From the human T2T-CHM13v2.0 reference genome, Homo sapiens: a DNA stretch of 64,000 nt. The translations under genes and the position numbers were made by a program. Shown piece after piece: positions 1 through 15,501 of this stretch (its first letter is position 1; each line of letters begins with the position of its first letter). The notes beneath the pieces were generated by a model. The model saw only the letters and a list, made by a program, of their open reading frames with translations, did not search any database and was not told the origin of the DNA. The stretch lies in assembly GCF_009914755.1 (NCBI RefSeq), contig NC_060931.1; one strand, written 5' to 3'.

Positions 1-332
1 AATCCCAAACAGACTTAGCCTTGTGTCCGTAATTCAAATGACACCACCAGCACACCATGCAGTGGCCATACGAGTAGCTGGAAAGAGCTTTTGTGGTCAT
101 TGGTAGACCTTCCATAGATCCAGTGGCCACTGCAGCTCTTCCTCTGGTGGAAACCTGCGGACTACAACTTCCTGCCCAGACTCTAGGAGCGTCCAACCGT
201 GAAACAAAACAAGTATCTGGTAACCAGAACAGACCATCAGTAGAGCTGTGTGGGGAGGAATGCTGGCAAGTGTATAAACTTTTAACTTTACTCTGGTCAC
301 CACACAAGCAGAATGTACTACTTGCTCAAAAC

Positions 333-684
333 ATTGAATCAATGATTAACAGCCTTTTAAAACAGAGATCACCAGGCCCAGACGGGGTTGCTGGTGAATT
401 CTAGCAAGCATTTAGGGAAGAAATGGTGTAAATTTTCTACAATTTTTACAGAAAATAGAAGCAGAGGAAACATTTTGTAATCCACTCTATAAGGTAAGTA
501 TTTCTCTAATACTCAAACTAGGTGAAGAACAAAAAACTACATAGTAATGTCTGTCTTAACATAGACATGAAAATCCTCAAAAAAATATTAGCAAATCACA
601 TTCAACAATACATAAGAATAATTATACAGCATGGTCAAGTGGGATTTATTCCAGGTGTTCAAGTTTGTTTCAACATTTGAAAAT
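333..684 (+). mobile_element. Old L1 (L1M) ORF2 fragment, RT N-terminal region
   Basis: Translates to IESMINSLLKQRSPGPDGVAGEF* then [14 protein letters not shown], matching L1 ORF2 [11 protein letters not shown] / [14 protein letters not shown], with stops. Confidence 0.9.
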
Positions 685-1318
685 ATTTATGTATTTTGAG
701 ACTATTTTGCTCTGGGCATACATATCTAAAATGGCTACAAATTCTATTTTATTATTATGTAGTATTCTTTTTATGATCCACAAATGCCTTGAGGGGAAAA
801 TATGATGTAGCTTAAAATAATGAGAATATGATTTTTTTCCCTGTGTGCATTAGAAATGTATCTGATTCACGTTAAATGAATTACTCAATTTCATTCATTA
901 TTACACTAGAAGCTTTTATTGTGCATGTTTATTTATATATTTCAAGTTTTCAAGTCATTTTATAATTAATATTTTATCTTTACATTTCAGAAAACTCCAT
1001 ATGCTTTCCTCTATGAGGGATTAGCTAATATGTAAGACCAATTTTCTTGTCAAGAACAAGTAGCAAAGCTGAAAAAAGAGAAACAAAACTGTATGTTTGA
1101 AGGCATAAGAGAGTGACCAGGACTAGAGCACTAGAGAAGCCAACATTCTGGTAGATGAAAGAGTCAACTGATAAAAAGGACCCTCTCCTTCTCCGTCTTA
1201 CACTATAATTTTTGAATTTTTAACAGCATTAATAAAATTACTTATTAGTGTTTTCTATATTTAATAATTCCAAACTATTTCAATATTATACACTTTATAT
1301 TTCTAGAAATAGTTCTCA

Positions 1319-1617
<299 letters not shown>

Positions 1618-4600
1618 AATAGTTCTCAAAATTTTTATACTTGTGTCCTTAAATGTAAGTGTTGACAGAAGTATTTACAAAGCTAAAATCTGACTGTGGC
1701 AAACACATTGCAAATATACCTCCAAGTAATAGAAATTTAAATTTGACTGAGTGGGTGTATAATCTTTTTACATACTGGCCTCATGTGAAAAATATCTGGT
1801 CAGAGATAAAGTTTCTTCGTCAGATAAATTAGAAATTTGGGCCAAGAAATCGTGTCTAAATCCTCACTGAATACAAGCTTGTACCTTTCCTCATTGGCTT
1901 CATGTAGAACTGTTCTACCGTGTAGAGAAGACAGGACTAACCGGCTGTCAAAGAGGGATGAAAACTCATTCTTGTTGATACCAAGTATCCGTTGTGAATG
2001 AAGCTGATGACACTTTTTTGATGCAATGAATTTTCCAAATGTTCCTTACCAAAATCTTGTATGTTCAAAGAAAAATATTTATGCAGACAACTTTACAGTA
2101 ATGTTTTCAAAAGCCTGATAAAGCTATACTAACATGATGCCTCAATTGGTTTATGATTTGCTTTTATAATTATGGCATTTTGATTTTTCTATTTGCTGAA
2201 AAAAACGCACATAGGAAAAATGTATACAAGATGTTTTGTTCTGAGCCTTGGAAGGGTTCTTTAAAATTGTACACCTTTCTGAGTATGTTTTATTACATGA
2301 TGTAACTCAATTTGACATGTAACAGTAACAGAATGTCAGGCTGAGAGTATTTTGAAAAGAACCACTCTTGTTCGAAAGGCCAACAATTCTAGAAGTTGAA
2401 AATATAAGATTTGTATTCTCAAATTTATAACAAAATAATACAACTCAATGTTTGTGGTATATTAGGTATTAGTAATAAATCATTGCCTCTTTATTGTGTG
2501 AGAAAGAGTATCCTTAGAGAAGGCTAACATTGCTTTTTAACTAATTACACATGTATTTTGAGATGATATCCAGTATACTTAAGTGTTGTGATTATAACGA
2601 CTTTTTTTTTCTCCTAATAGGGTCTTCCATCCAAACTGAAGGTTTGTCATTTTATTAAGTACACACTAGACATATGTCTGCATAGTGAAACATATAGAAG
2701 TAAAGAGTTAGCTGTACTGGGCCATAATTAGAAACTCCTTCTTGACAAATAAACATCATTTTGCTACCAAGCTCGGTCTTCTAGTAGAGTAATAACCAGC
2801 TTGTAGAACAGAACAGTTGGGCTGGAATGGACTTGAGCAAATATTTAATATGATTCTTCATTTCACAGAATACTATAACCAGAGAAATTGACACTCATTC
2901 AAATTTTTAATATTAGTGTGTGAGAAAAAATGAAATCTGTATTTTGGACACCCACAAATCTATGTGCTGTACACCACACATATTCAAGCAGGTCAGTGAT
3001 ATTTCTACTGAAGCAAAAAGATGCCAGTGAGAGTGAAAAAGCAAATTAGTCCCACGCATCAAGGCAACAGTTTCATTTTTAGGATAAATAATGTATACCT
3101 GAAAAATGAGCTAAAGTTATAATGAGAAAAGACCTGAGCTTACAATCAAAAGTCTAAAAGGCATATTCATATGCAGCTGTTACTCCATTTTTTACTTCAA
3201 ACAAGTCGCTTTATGAACCTGAATCTGTTTCTTTTCTGCCTACCTTCCTTTATAAAGTTACAATAATTAAATAAGATTATGTTTTTTGAAGCTCCTTGAA
3301 ATCTGTTGAGTGCTGAAAAATGTAAGACATTGTAAATGGTATTCAGCATTCCTAAAGTCATGTATATCTGATTTGGCAAATGTGAACTCAAAATATTTAT
3401 GTATTAAAAATTATATTGATGAAATTGTATTTAATACATTTTATGTGTTTCTAAAGTTTTATTTTCTTTTTCAGTCCCATTAAAAACTCTAACACTGACA
3501 GCACATAGCAGGCTTATGAAATATTTTTCTTAAATTGGATAACATATTAATAGTATATTCATATATTTAAATAAAATTAAACACTTTTATATTTATAGTA
3601 TCAATTTGGGGCAGAAAAGTAAAACAAACTCTATAGCATGAAGAAAGAAGTAAAAAAGTCTGGAAAGCTCATTTTAGACTCCCAAAGGGATTAACAGTAG
3701 GTACTAGATAGATGTGAAAAATTGTGTACTGGTATTTATTTATCTCTATACAATGTATACCATCTAAAACCCAATGTGCCTACATTCTAACAGTTATACT
3801 TTTTGTCTTTGGAAAACTACTTATCATTGAAACTTAAACATATACAAATACAGTAATAATAATAAAACTTTGAAATTATAAAAGTACATGGAAAGTAGTG
3901 TCACTAAAGTTTAGAAAAATAATATGACACTTCGTTTAAAAATACACTGCTCAAATAAAAATAATTTTATTTAATGTATTTTTCTGTGGAAAATTGTTTA
4001 GTTAATTTGCTTCTGCATTCAATAAGCCTATTGATATTCATCAGATATTTAGTAATCAGCTCTATGCTCCCTGACATCCATGATTTCGGTCAGTTTTTGT
4101 GAAATGTGTCAAGCTATAAATTTACAATACATTGTGTGGAGGTTGAATTTTTCCCAAGAAATAATATGAAAACTTTTATACATTTCTGTTTTACTTATAA
4201 AATATTAAACAATAATATCTCAGAATATATCATGTAAAGTTACTAATATTAAAATTCACAAAAACTTGAATTATATTGTGTTATATGTACAAGTAGCAAA
4301 GTGCCCACTCTAGGTGAGGGTTAAAAGAGAATAAACCTGACAGGTGAACTTAAAAGTATTGAATAGTAGTGTGCGCTCATTTACATGGCAACCTCTGGGG
4401 AACTCCTTGGGGAAAATTATTTTTAACCAAATCTGTAATTGACATGAGGACATATACATATGTTTTTGACAGATTTGGAGGCCCAAATGGAAATCAAGTT
4501 GTAGGAAACTAATTAGGTGTTTGATAGAATTCATCATAAAGAAAAATATCTGGCACAGAAGTCCAACTTAGCATTAGAACATACATTTTAGATGGAATTG

Positions 4601-5903
4601 GTGATTTTGAGAACTAGAATCAGCCAAACCCAGTAACTCAGTGGGTATACAGATGTCTGGAGAAAAAGAGTATGATACATTTGAATGGAAAAGACTGTTC
4701 TGGTAAGCTCTGCAACATGAAAAAAAAATGTGCAAAATTTAGGAGAAGAGACTACAAAAATTCAGTGATTTAGTATCCTTCAAATATGGGGAATATTGGG
4801 AAATAAACCTTTATAAATTTTAAAGAATTGTGGCAATTCAAATTTGGACAATATTTGAAAATATAAATATGGTTTTATTTGTAAAAAAAGTTTTCATTTG
4901 TAAATTAAAGGGGTACAATAAAGGATAATTATTTTCAATATGAATTTTTTCAATATTGAAATTATTTACAGAAATTGAAAAGCAAGATAACTCTACAATG
5001 TACCTATAATATATTTATAAAATATGTATGATGTTATATATGGGGTTTTACTTCTTCATGAGGTGTTACATTTTGAAGTATCTTTTGTATTTCTTTTCTT
5101 CGTTTTCTCTTTCCATTCTCCTTCCACTCCTGTACCCCACATCCTTTTCTGACGTTCAAAACATCCTCATTCATCTCAAGAAATGTAAGTTATCAAAGCA
5201 TTACTGGTAGCCTTCAGGGTTTACCTGAGGAAAACTAGATAGAATATACAGAGTCTTTGTAGAGAATAATAAAATATCACTAGACATGACCTCTCTTGCT
5301 TGGTAGAGGAAGCAATCTAAAGAAAAAGTAAGTGGATAAACATTATTGAGAAACCAGTGGGACACAAATATTCGTTAATTTTATACAAAATATAAATAAA
5401 ATGAACTTGGTTCAAAGCTAATATATTAAGAAATTATTTCCTCATTGACCATTGGGAACTAAAAATAGCACAAAATCTCCCAAACACTTTACTACTAATA
5501 AATTTAGAAATGTGTTCTAAAGGTTTTTTTCTTTAATGTAAGATTAAAATACCAAGAGTTTAAAATTTACGATGTAATTTGATATAATCATTTAATATAA
5601 TCAATGAAGGCATATGTTAGGATAAAAGGGGAAGAATATATCATTGGGCCATTTTAATTACTTAGGAGATCTAAAATTAATTATGCAGCTTATACTCCAC
5701 CATGAAAAAAATGTGAAGCTAGTAAATTTCATACTGTAAGAGCCCATGTTAAGTTCCCAAATATAAGTATATATATAGAAAATCTGTGCAGAAAGAAAGT
5801 TATCTCTGAACACTGAAATTACAGAGTATTAGGAAATAGAATACAAACTTGCAAGTAGAAAAAAATTCCAACAGAATAAAAAGCATGCCCTTTTAAGGAT
5901 ATT

Positions 5904-8420
<2,517 letters not shown>

Positions 8421-11400
8421 AGGATATTATTAAACGATTCTTTTTAAAAAAGATCACTTAATTATTTCTAGATCCTAGGGCAGTGTGTCTCTTTTCGACG
8501 TACTTACTTGTTATGTAATTTTGCCCACTGTAATGTTATATATTAATCTGTAGGTTTCTATCTGATAGATTAGCCCCAAAGATTATGGTTTTATTACCAT
8601 GTAGGACATTAACCAGGATTGTAACTAATTAACAATCTTATCCTTACATCATTCTTCTATTCTCACTCTTCTTCCTTCTCCTTCTCTTTGTATACCCATA
8701 AATGCCCAGCTTCTCAAGTGCTACAGGAAATCAGCTTTATCATTTTAGTGATTTCCTCATTGATGACTTATATATATTTCTGGAACCCTAGAGTTATTCC
8801 CAAGTGATAATAGAAATTTCCCCCATCTCTCTGTTTCTCTGCCTCTCTTTCTCTCTGTCTCTCAATTCTGTTTTGGTTTCGTTTCAATTTCTTGATCAAG
8901 TTTGGTTCCGTTTCTGTTTCGTATGTGTCCAATAAGTTATTCCCCATTTGGAGATAACAGTGAGAAGGGTACTGGTTTTATGATCTGACTATTTGATGAT
9001 CTCTACTGAGATGGTAAAAACTTTGTTTTTGGCAGTTAAGAGATGGAAGAAATCTGGTTATTTGGTTCCTTATTGTGTTTGTGTGCTTTTCTATTGTGGA
9101 GCTTAACTCAATGAAGAAAACATTTCTTGCACACTAGAAAGCAGAGCAGCCCTTTGAGATCTTCAACAGTAAAGTTTTTCCTCTGTGTTTAACTTGTGAC
9201 TGAGGTTGTGGCAATTAAACTGCAAGCTCTTTCTATATCTGTGTGTTTATAACTGGGAAATACCTACACATCTTCTGGTGAGTTTAAAACACTTTCTTCC
9301 CTTCAGAGTATATCAATCACTTGGATTATAAAGTCTCTTAAATTGAGGGAACTTTGTTTAATTAGTTAATAGAGATCAACAAGGGTAACATAAGTTGAAT
9401 TTTAGGGAAATCAAGAATTCCCAGGGAAACAAAACATCTGCAATAACAACATTTTAAATATACTAATATTTTAATAATTACTAACAACCAAACTCTATAT
9501 GGTTTTGGGTACATGATCTTAAAATCATTTCCTATGTCCTTACTCAAAGACTTTTCTATTATTTAACCATGGATTAGTAAATAATATATAGATTTCTAGT
9601 GAAAAATAAGACAGGATATTGTAACTTTAATTAGCTTTAACTACATATATAGGTAATTTTATGTATATTCTCTTTAACAATTAGTATGTTACATAATGGC
9701 TGTAATTTGGCTCAAGTTAATGAACATATATATTTAGCCATTTTAAGAATGAGTGAAAGGGAGGTAGGTCTCAGTAGGTGATCAGTGATGTTCTCATGAG
9801 CCTTTGCTGTCTGCCAACATTCTTGCTATTGACGGTCAGGTATCAGTTACTACTTTGCAGTTTTCTCTGTGTAGTAGAAGTTACATTCATTAAAAGTTAT
9901 AACTAACAATGATGTTTGAGATTATACTAGGAATGCTAATGTTGTAGAAAAGCAATTCTTTTCTATAACAGAAAAGGTCTTCATTTTAAGAGAAAAAAGA
10001 GGTTTTGTCTTAATGTAAACTTGTCAGGTCATTTTAGAATACACAAAAGTGAAATAAAAGAAAATGTTTAAATGTGTGTATCAAGTTTTAGAAAATTTGG
10101 CAGATGTTAATTTCATTTGCTTGGAAATAGGTTTCTTGCAAATAATGAGCCTGAAAAGAAGCAACAAAATATATTAAAATTTTGGCAAAATTTTATTTTT
10201 GATGGCTTTATCAATAATGTATTTTTAAATGAAAGTAGAATTTTTTTACTAATGCATATTATATTAATGCATAAGTAATAATTGATGTATCTAGTCTTTT
10301 CCTAACAAGGAGTATTTAAATGGTATGACCGGACAACTTCCTCATCAGACTAACTGAATCATCCTCAGTGCTTTGTTTTGCCTTTATCATGTTCTTGAGA
10401 TTTAAACGATGATGAAATATTGTTCATATCTGAAGGAGCTGAGGTTCCTAACTATTGGGTTTCCTTCTCCTATGTTTACTTAAGATATTATATTGTCACA
10501 TTGAGTAATTGTTCTTAGGCATCGATATTCCTATTTTAATCAAGTGACCAAATCTCCTCAGCTAATCTTTTAAATTTTGTCTTCTACCAAATCAGATGCT
10601 AAATTTAGTGAGGAAGAGCGCATGTCTTTTACAACTAAAGTCTGAGTTTCTCAGAGGGTTTCTGGGGAGTCACAAAGGTCTTTCACCTTACTCCCCAAAA
10701 AATGAAAAAAAAAAAAACCCAGATTCATTGGGAATGCTGCACATTTCTTGATTTGCTTCACACTATTTCACACTATTTTAAAAAAAGGTGCTGCATGGAA
10801 AGAGATTCCAAGCCAAATTATGATTTTATGCAAGTGAATTGTGAGTAATATAAGTATTTCCAGGATTCTACAATTTATAAAATGGATTTGAAGGCCCTCA
10901 AGAGTTGTCAATTCTCTCTCTGCCTGTAATATATTATCAGAGGCAACACTGATACAATTCTTATGAAAGTGTTATCTATTGTACTCCATTCAACAACTTC
11001 ATTCCTCTCCAAACTAATATCATTCATTTCTATAACAAAATAACCACAACTATTGACTCTCATCTACAGATGTTTGCTGCTGTCATCTTATGCTTGCCTG
11101 AAGGCTCTGTTGTAAATTACAGAGTAAATTTTTGTCTTCAATAAAGAAAGCTGCACTCACAGACTCATGGAAAGCAATATACTGGGACTTTTACCTATTG
11201 ATGCTTCACAGCATACATTCATGGTTATAGGCTTTGGAGCTTAAAGCTGACAATATTTAAACAAGTGTCAGATCATACCAGCAGACTGAGTCAGGACAGC
11301 TAGGTCTTTTTTAAAACTAGAAGCGGAAAACTTCATTAATAACAGACAGATGACCTATGACTCAGTAAAGGAATTAATTCCATTGGACTGAATGAATTAA

Positions 11401-12069
11401 TGAGGGAAATTTAATTGTGGTTATTTGTTTACAGTATTGTTGATTTAATTTTACAGTTCTATTTTCTGGCTGGTATATTAAAAAGAAGCTTGTTTCTTTC
11501 TTAATTTAAGGCTAACCCTCAATTTGCCAAGTCTCATTTACTCCTCATAATTCAGAAGCAAACACCTCTACTGAGTTTCTGTACTTTTTAAGTTAATATA
11601 GTCATTTGCATAGGTTAAGTAAAAATCTGTTTTCCTTTTACTAAGATATAATTGGAAATATTAATCATAAATCCAAGATTATACCTACAGTGTCATATTG
11701 AGAATGCTTCTCATTTAGTCAAGGTACACCAAGCTCACACTTAGGAAATACGTTTGCATAGAGAGCCAATGCTCGGAGAAAACGCTCAGCGAAACTGGCC
11801 ACGTTACCTGTTACATATTTCTAGCTTCATCAGTAAGGAATACCCGTCCTGACAGACCAAAGATCTTAGCAGATTTTACACATCACAAGCAAAGTAGAAT
11901 TCCCCAATGTTAAGGGAAAAACTTTCTTGGGCTTGGTTTCCTGGTCTTGGTATAAAAAATTAAATAATACATACTTATACAAATTCAAACTGAGGTTCTT
12001 TATGAGAATTTGTAGACAAAGCTAATTTTCTAGTAGATGTTTAGTGTTTCATCAAAACTGTTTGCTTAA

Positions 12070-12778
12070 TATCTTAGTCCCTTTGGGCTAGCATAACAAA
12101 ATATCATAGACTGGGTGGCTTATAAACAACAAAAACTCATTTCTCACAGTCTGGAGGCTGGGATGTCCAAAATTAGGGTGCTGGCAAATTTGTTGTCTGG
12201 TGAGGACCTGCTTCCTCTTAGACAGCTTGCTTCTCACTCTAACCTTACATGGCAGAAAGGGCGAGGGGGCTTTCTTAGGCTTCCTTTATCTGGGCACTTA
12301 TCCTGTTCTTGAGGGCTCTGCCCTCATAACCTAATCACCTCCCAAAGGCCCCACTTCCTAATACCATCACTTTAGGAGTGAGGATTTCAACAAATGAATT
12401 TCAAGGGGGACATAAACATTCTGCTATAAAGAACTACCTGAGACTGGGGAGTTTATAAAGAAAAGATGTTTAACTGATTCACAGTTCCACTTCGCTGGGG
12501 ATGCGTCAGAAAACTTACAATCATGGCAGAAGGAGAAGGGAAAGTAAGACATGTCTTACAAGCCTTCAGGAGAGGAAGAGAAGGAGGAAGTGCCACACTT
12601 TTAAACTACCAGATCTCATGAAAACTCACTCGCTATCATGAGAATAGCATAAGAGGATCTGCCCCCATGATCCAGTCACCTCCCACCAGGTCCCTCCCTT
12701 GACATGTGGCTATTGCAGTTCCAGATGAGTTTTGGGTACGGACACAGAGCAAAACCATACCACATTCAGAGCACAGCA
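12070..12778 (-). mobile_element. MLT1A-type MaLR solo LTR, split by an MST insertion
   Basis: TCTTAGTCC..CATAGACTGGGTGGCTTATAAACAAC..GGGGGACATAAACATT, resuming as CATTCAGAGCACAGCA; 5-bp TSD CTTAA / CTCAA. Confidence 0.88.
12422..12762 (-). mobile_element. MSTA-like MaLR solo LTR nested in MLT1A
   Basis: TGCTATAAAGAACTACCTGAGACTGG..CAATCATGGCAGAAGG..AAAACCATACCA; TSD CATTC at 12417-12421 and 12763-12767. Confidence 0.88.
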
Positions 12779-13387
12779 CTCAAGAAAACATATCTGGTTA
12801 ATCAATACCTTTTGCTGAAACAATACAAATAGGCGGTACAAACTTTGTGTTCAAGAATAACCTTTGGAAATTTTATATCAAAATGGGGGAACTGGTGAGA
12901 AAAACTATTAAAAAGTAGGATGAAAGACATAAGAAAGTACATGACGCTCTTTCAATATTATATTGGAGCTGTTTTCACAGGTCCAGTTAAGGGTTATTAA
13001 ATCCTCTAGGATAATGTACCTGTGCTTGATGTTGTTCTTTACTACTTGATTAAAGCTCAAAAAACAAAGAAGTGATATAGTAACTTTTAGATTTCTGTCT
13101 GACAGAAAAAATAAACCCAAAGGGTTTGATTTTATTGCTCTGTGAGACATTAATGATTTTTTATATCTAAACTAGAAAACTTATTCCAACGTTTCCTTTT
13201 AAAAAATACCTTTTAATACTCAGTGTGCTGACAACTACTTTTAACATCTTCCAAGTACCTTTACTAATGAATTAAATCTTTGATACAGATTCATTCTATA
13301 CATGTATATATATGTGTATAAGAGTCAAATTTTCATATTTTTGAAAAATCTACTTTAAGAAGGGGAATTTGGTCTTCTCTCTCTCTC

Positions 13388-13684
<297 letters not shown>

Positions 13685-14607
13685 AAATTTGGCTGTCTAA
13701 TTTCCATATTGCTTAACATGTTTACATTGATTTTATATTACCTTATCATCAGAAAAAATGTGTGACAAAGAACTAAAATAGATTATTTTGTGTCTGATCA
13801 AGCAAAGCTACTTTGTGGGGGTTTATTAAACTATCTCATGTAATAATATTTTAAGACAAATCGATTCTTTTTTTATTCTTTCATATTCCAAAATATCAAT
13901 AGCCACAGGGCAGTGAACACAAAGTCCACCTGAAATATCTATGAAATATATAATGTACAGAGCTAAGATTCAGCAGTGGCATGCAGTCCCTCCAATATAT
14001 GCTCAAGGGCACCACTGTTCACTTGCACTGATAAGAAGGATTTTTACCTTTACCCTCCCCAACACTATTGGCCATGCCCTTTTACTAAGTTATATGAACT
14101 GAGTCTATCAGATAATGATGCTCTGCAAGCCACTGATGAAAAACTACAGACAGGCCAATGCTATGTGCTAAACTTTCTGAAAATAGAAACCCGGCACCAC
14201 TCTCCCACCCTTTTCTAGTCACACACTGAAAATTCCCTTGGAGGAAAGAGCTAGATACCCACCCTTGTCCTACATAATATCATAATATTATATCACAATG
14301 AAAGCCGAATTACATAAAGGCAATCACAATTTGCCCAGAAAATAAAACTGTGTTTATTTTGATGTTATTTTGAGTGAATTATAAAAGAAAGTAAAACTCT
14401 AAGAAAAAAAGGATGTATTAGGATTTTACATCAAGTAATGATTCACTAAACGGAAAAAGAAATCTCATTTTTTGCTACGTTTCTATTGAATTTGTGAATG
14501 GGAGACTGCAGAAAACTTTTTAATCTAAATTCCCTGTGGCGATAAATTTGTCAGTTAAAATCGGATTCGTTAAAATAAAGAAAATTTGGTTTTTAGACTA
14601 AGAGACT

Positions 14608-15065
14608 TGTCAAATTCAAATAAAATATGTACAGACAAATCTCTAAATTTAACATTTTATTTGGGAAGAAAGAATTGCAATTCAGGGCATACACACAGAC
14701 CACACACGTTGGGTGGTCTTCTGTATGTGTGAGGCACAGAGGAGGTTAGAGGTTTTATAAAAAGGAGAATGTTAGTATCGCTATTTGAGAAAATTCATCG
14801 GCACTAGTAAAGTTCTGAGGTACCGGTAAGTTCTGATTGGTGAGTAACAGTGGCAGGTAAAACTCGTCTTAGAATTGCTGCAGGTTGTTTCATAAGACAT
14901 TAGATAAAACTTGTTTTGGGTTACAGCAGGCAGTTTCAACAGTTAGTCTTGCAAAGAGTTATATTCTTGGAGCAGTGTGTGTGTGTGCCCTGAGGGCTCG
15001 TTCCCCTCAACTCTGTTTGGCTAGGTATAACAAGAATGACCCATTTTGTATAATTAACTTTTACA
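14608..15065 (-). mobile_element. ERV1 solo LTR (MER4 group; MER90-like, name tentative)
   Basis: TG...CA termini, about 460 bp, minus-strand AATAAA near 14656-14661, 4-bp TSD GACT / GAGT. Confidence 0.7.
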
Positions 15066-15190
15066 GAGTGTATCTCAGGTTGCTTCTGGGCTTTGACGAT
15101 TTTTGCTAGTAATCTTTTTCCTTGCTGATACTTGCTATCAGTGCAACTTGTAGCAAACATTAGAGAAATGTTAAAAATTTACCCAAAAAG

Positions 15191-15501
<311 letters not shown>

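Larger units (their letters stand above)
8880..12910 (+). mobile_element. Highly diverged ERV1 MER4-group-like internal region, interrupted by MaLR LTRs at 12070-12778
   Basis: Blocks recalled from MER4-group internal consensus in colinear order (AAAATCTGTTTTCCTTTT..ATAATTGGAAATA near 11620, GAGAGCCAAT..GAAACTGGCC near 11760, AAAATGGGGGAACTGG..GAGAAAAA near 12880). Left boundary approximate. Confidence 0.55.

Noticed and set aside
991-1031. 41-nt exon-like segment (TTTCAG ... GTAAGA)
   Set aside because: It is not frame-preserving, and the downstream sequence resembles an old L1 5' region; no independent support.
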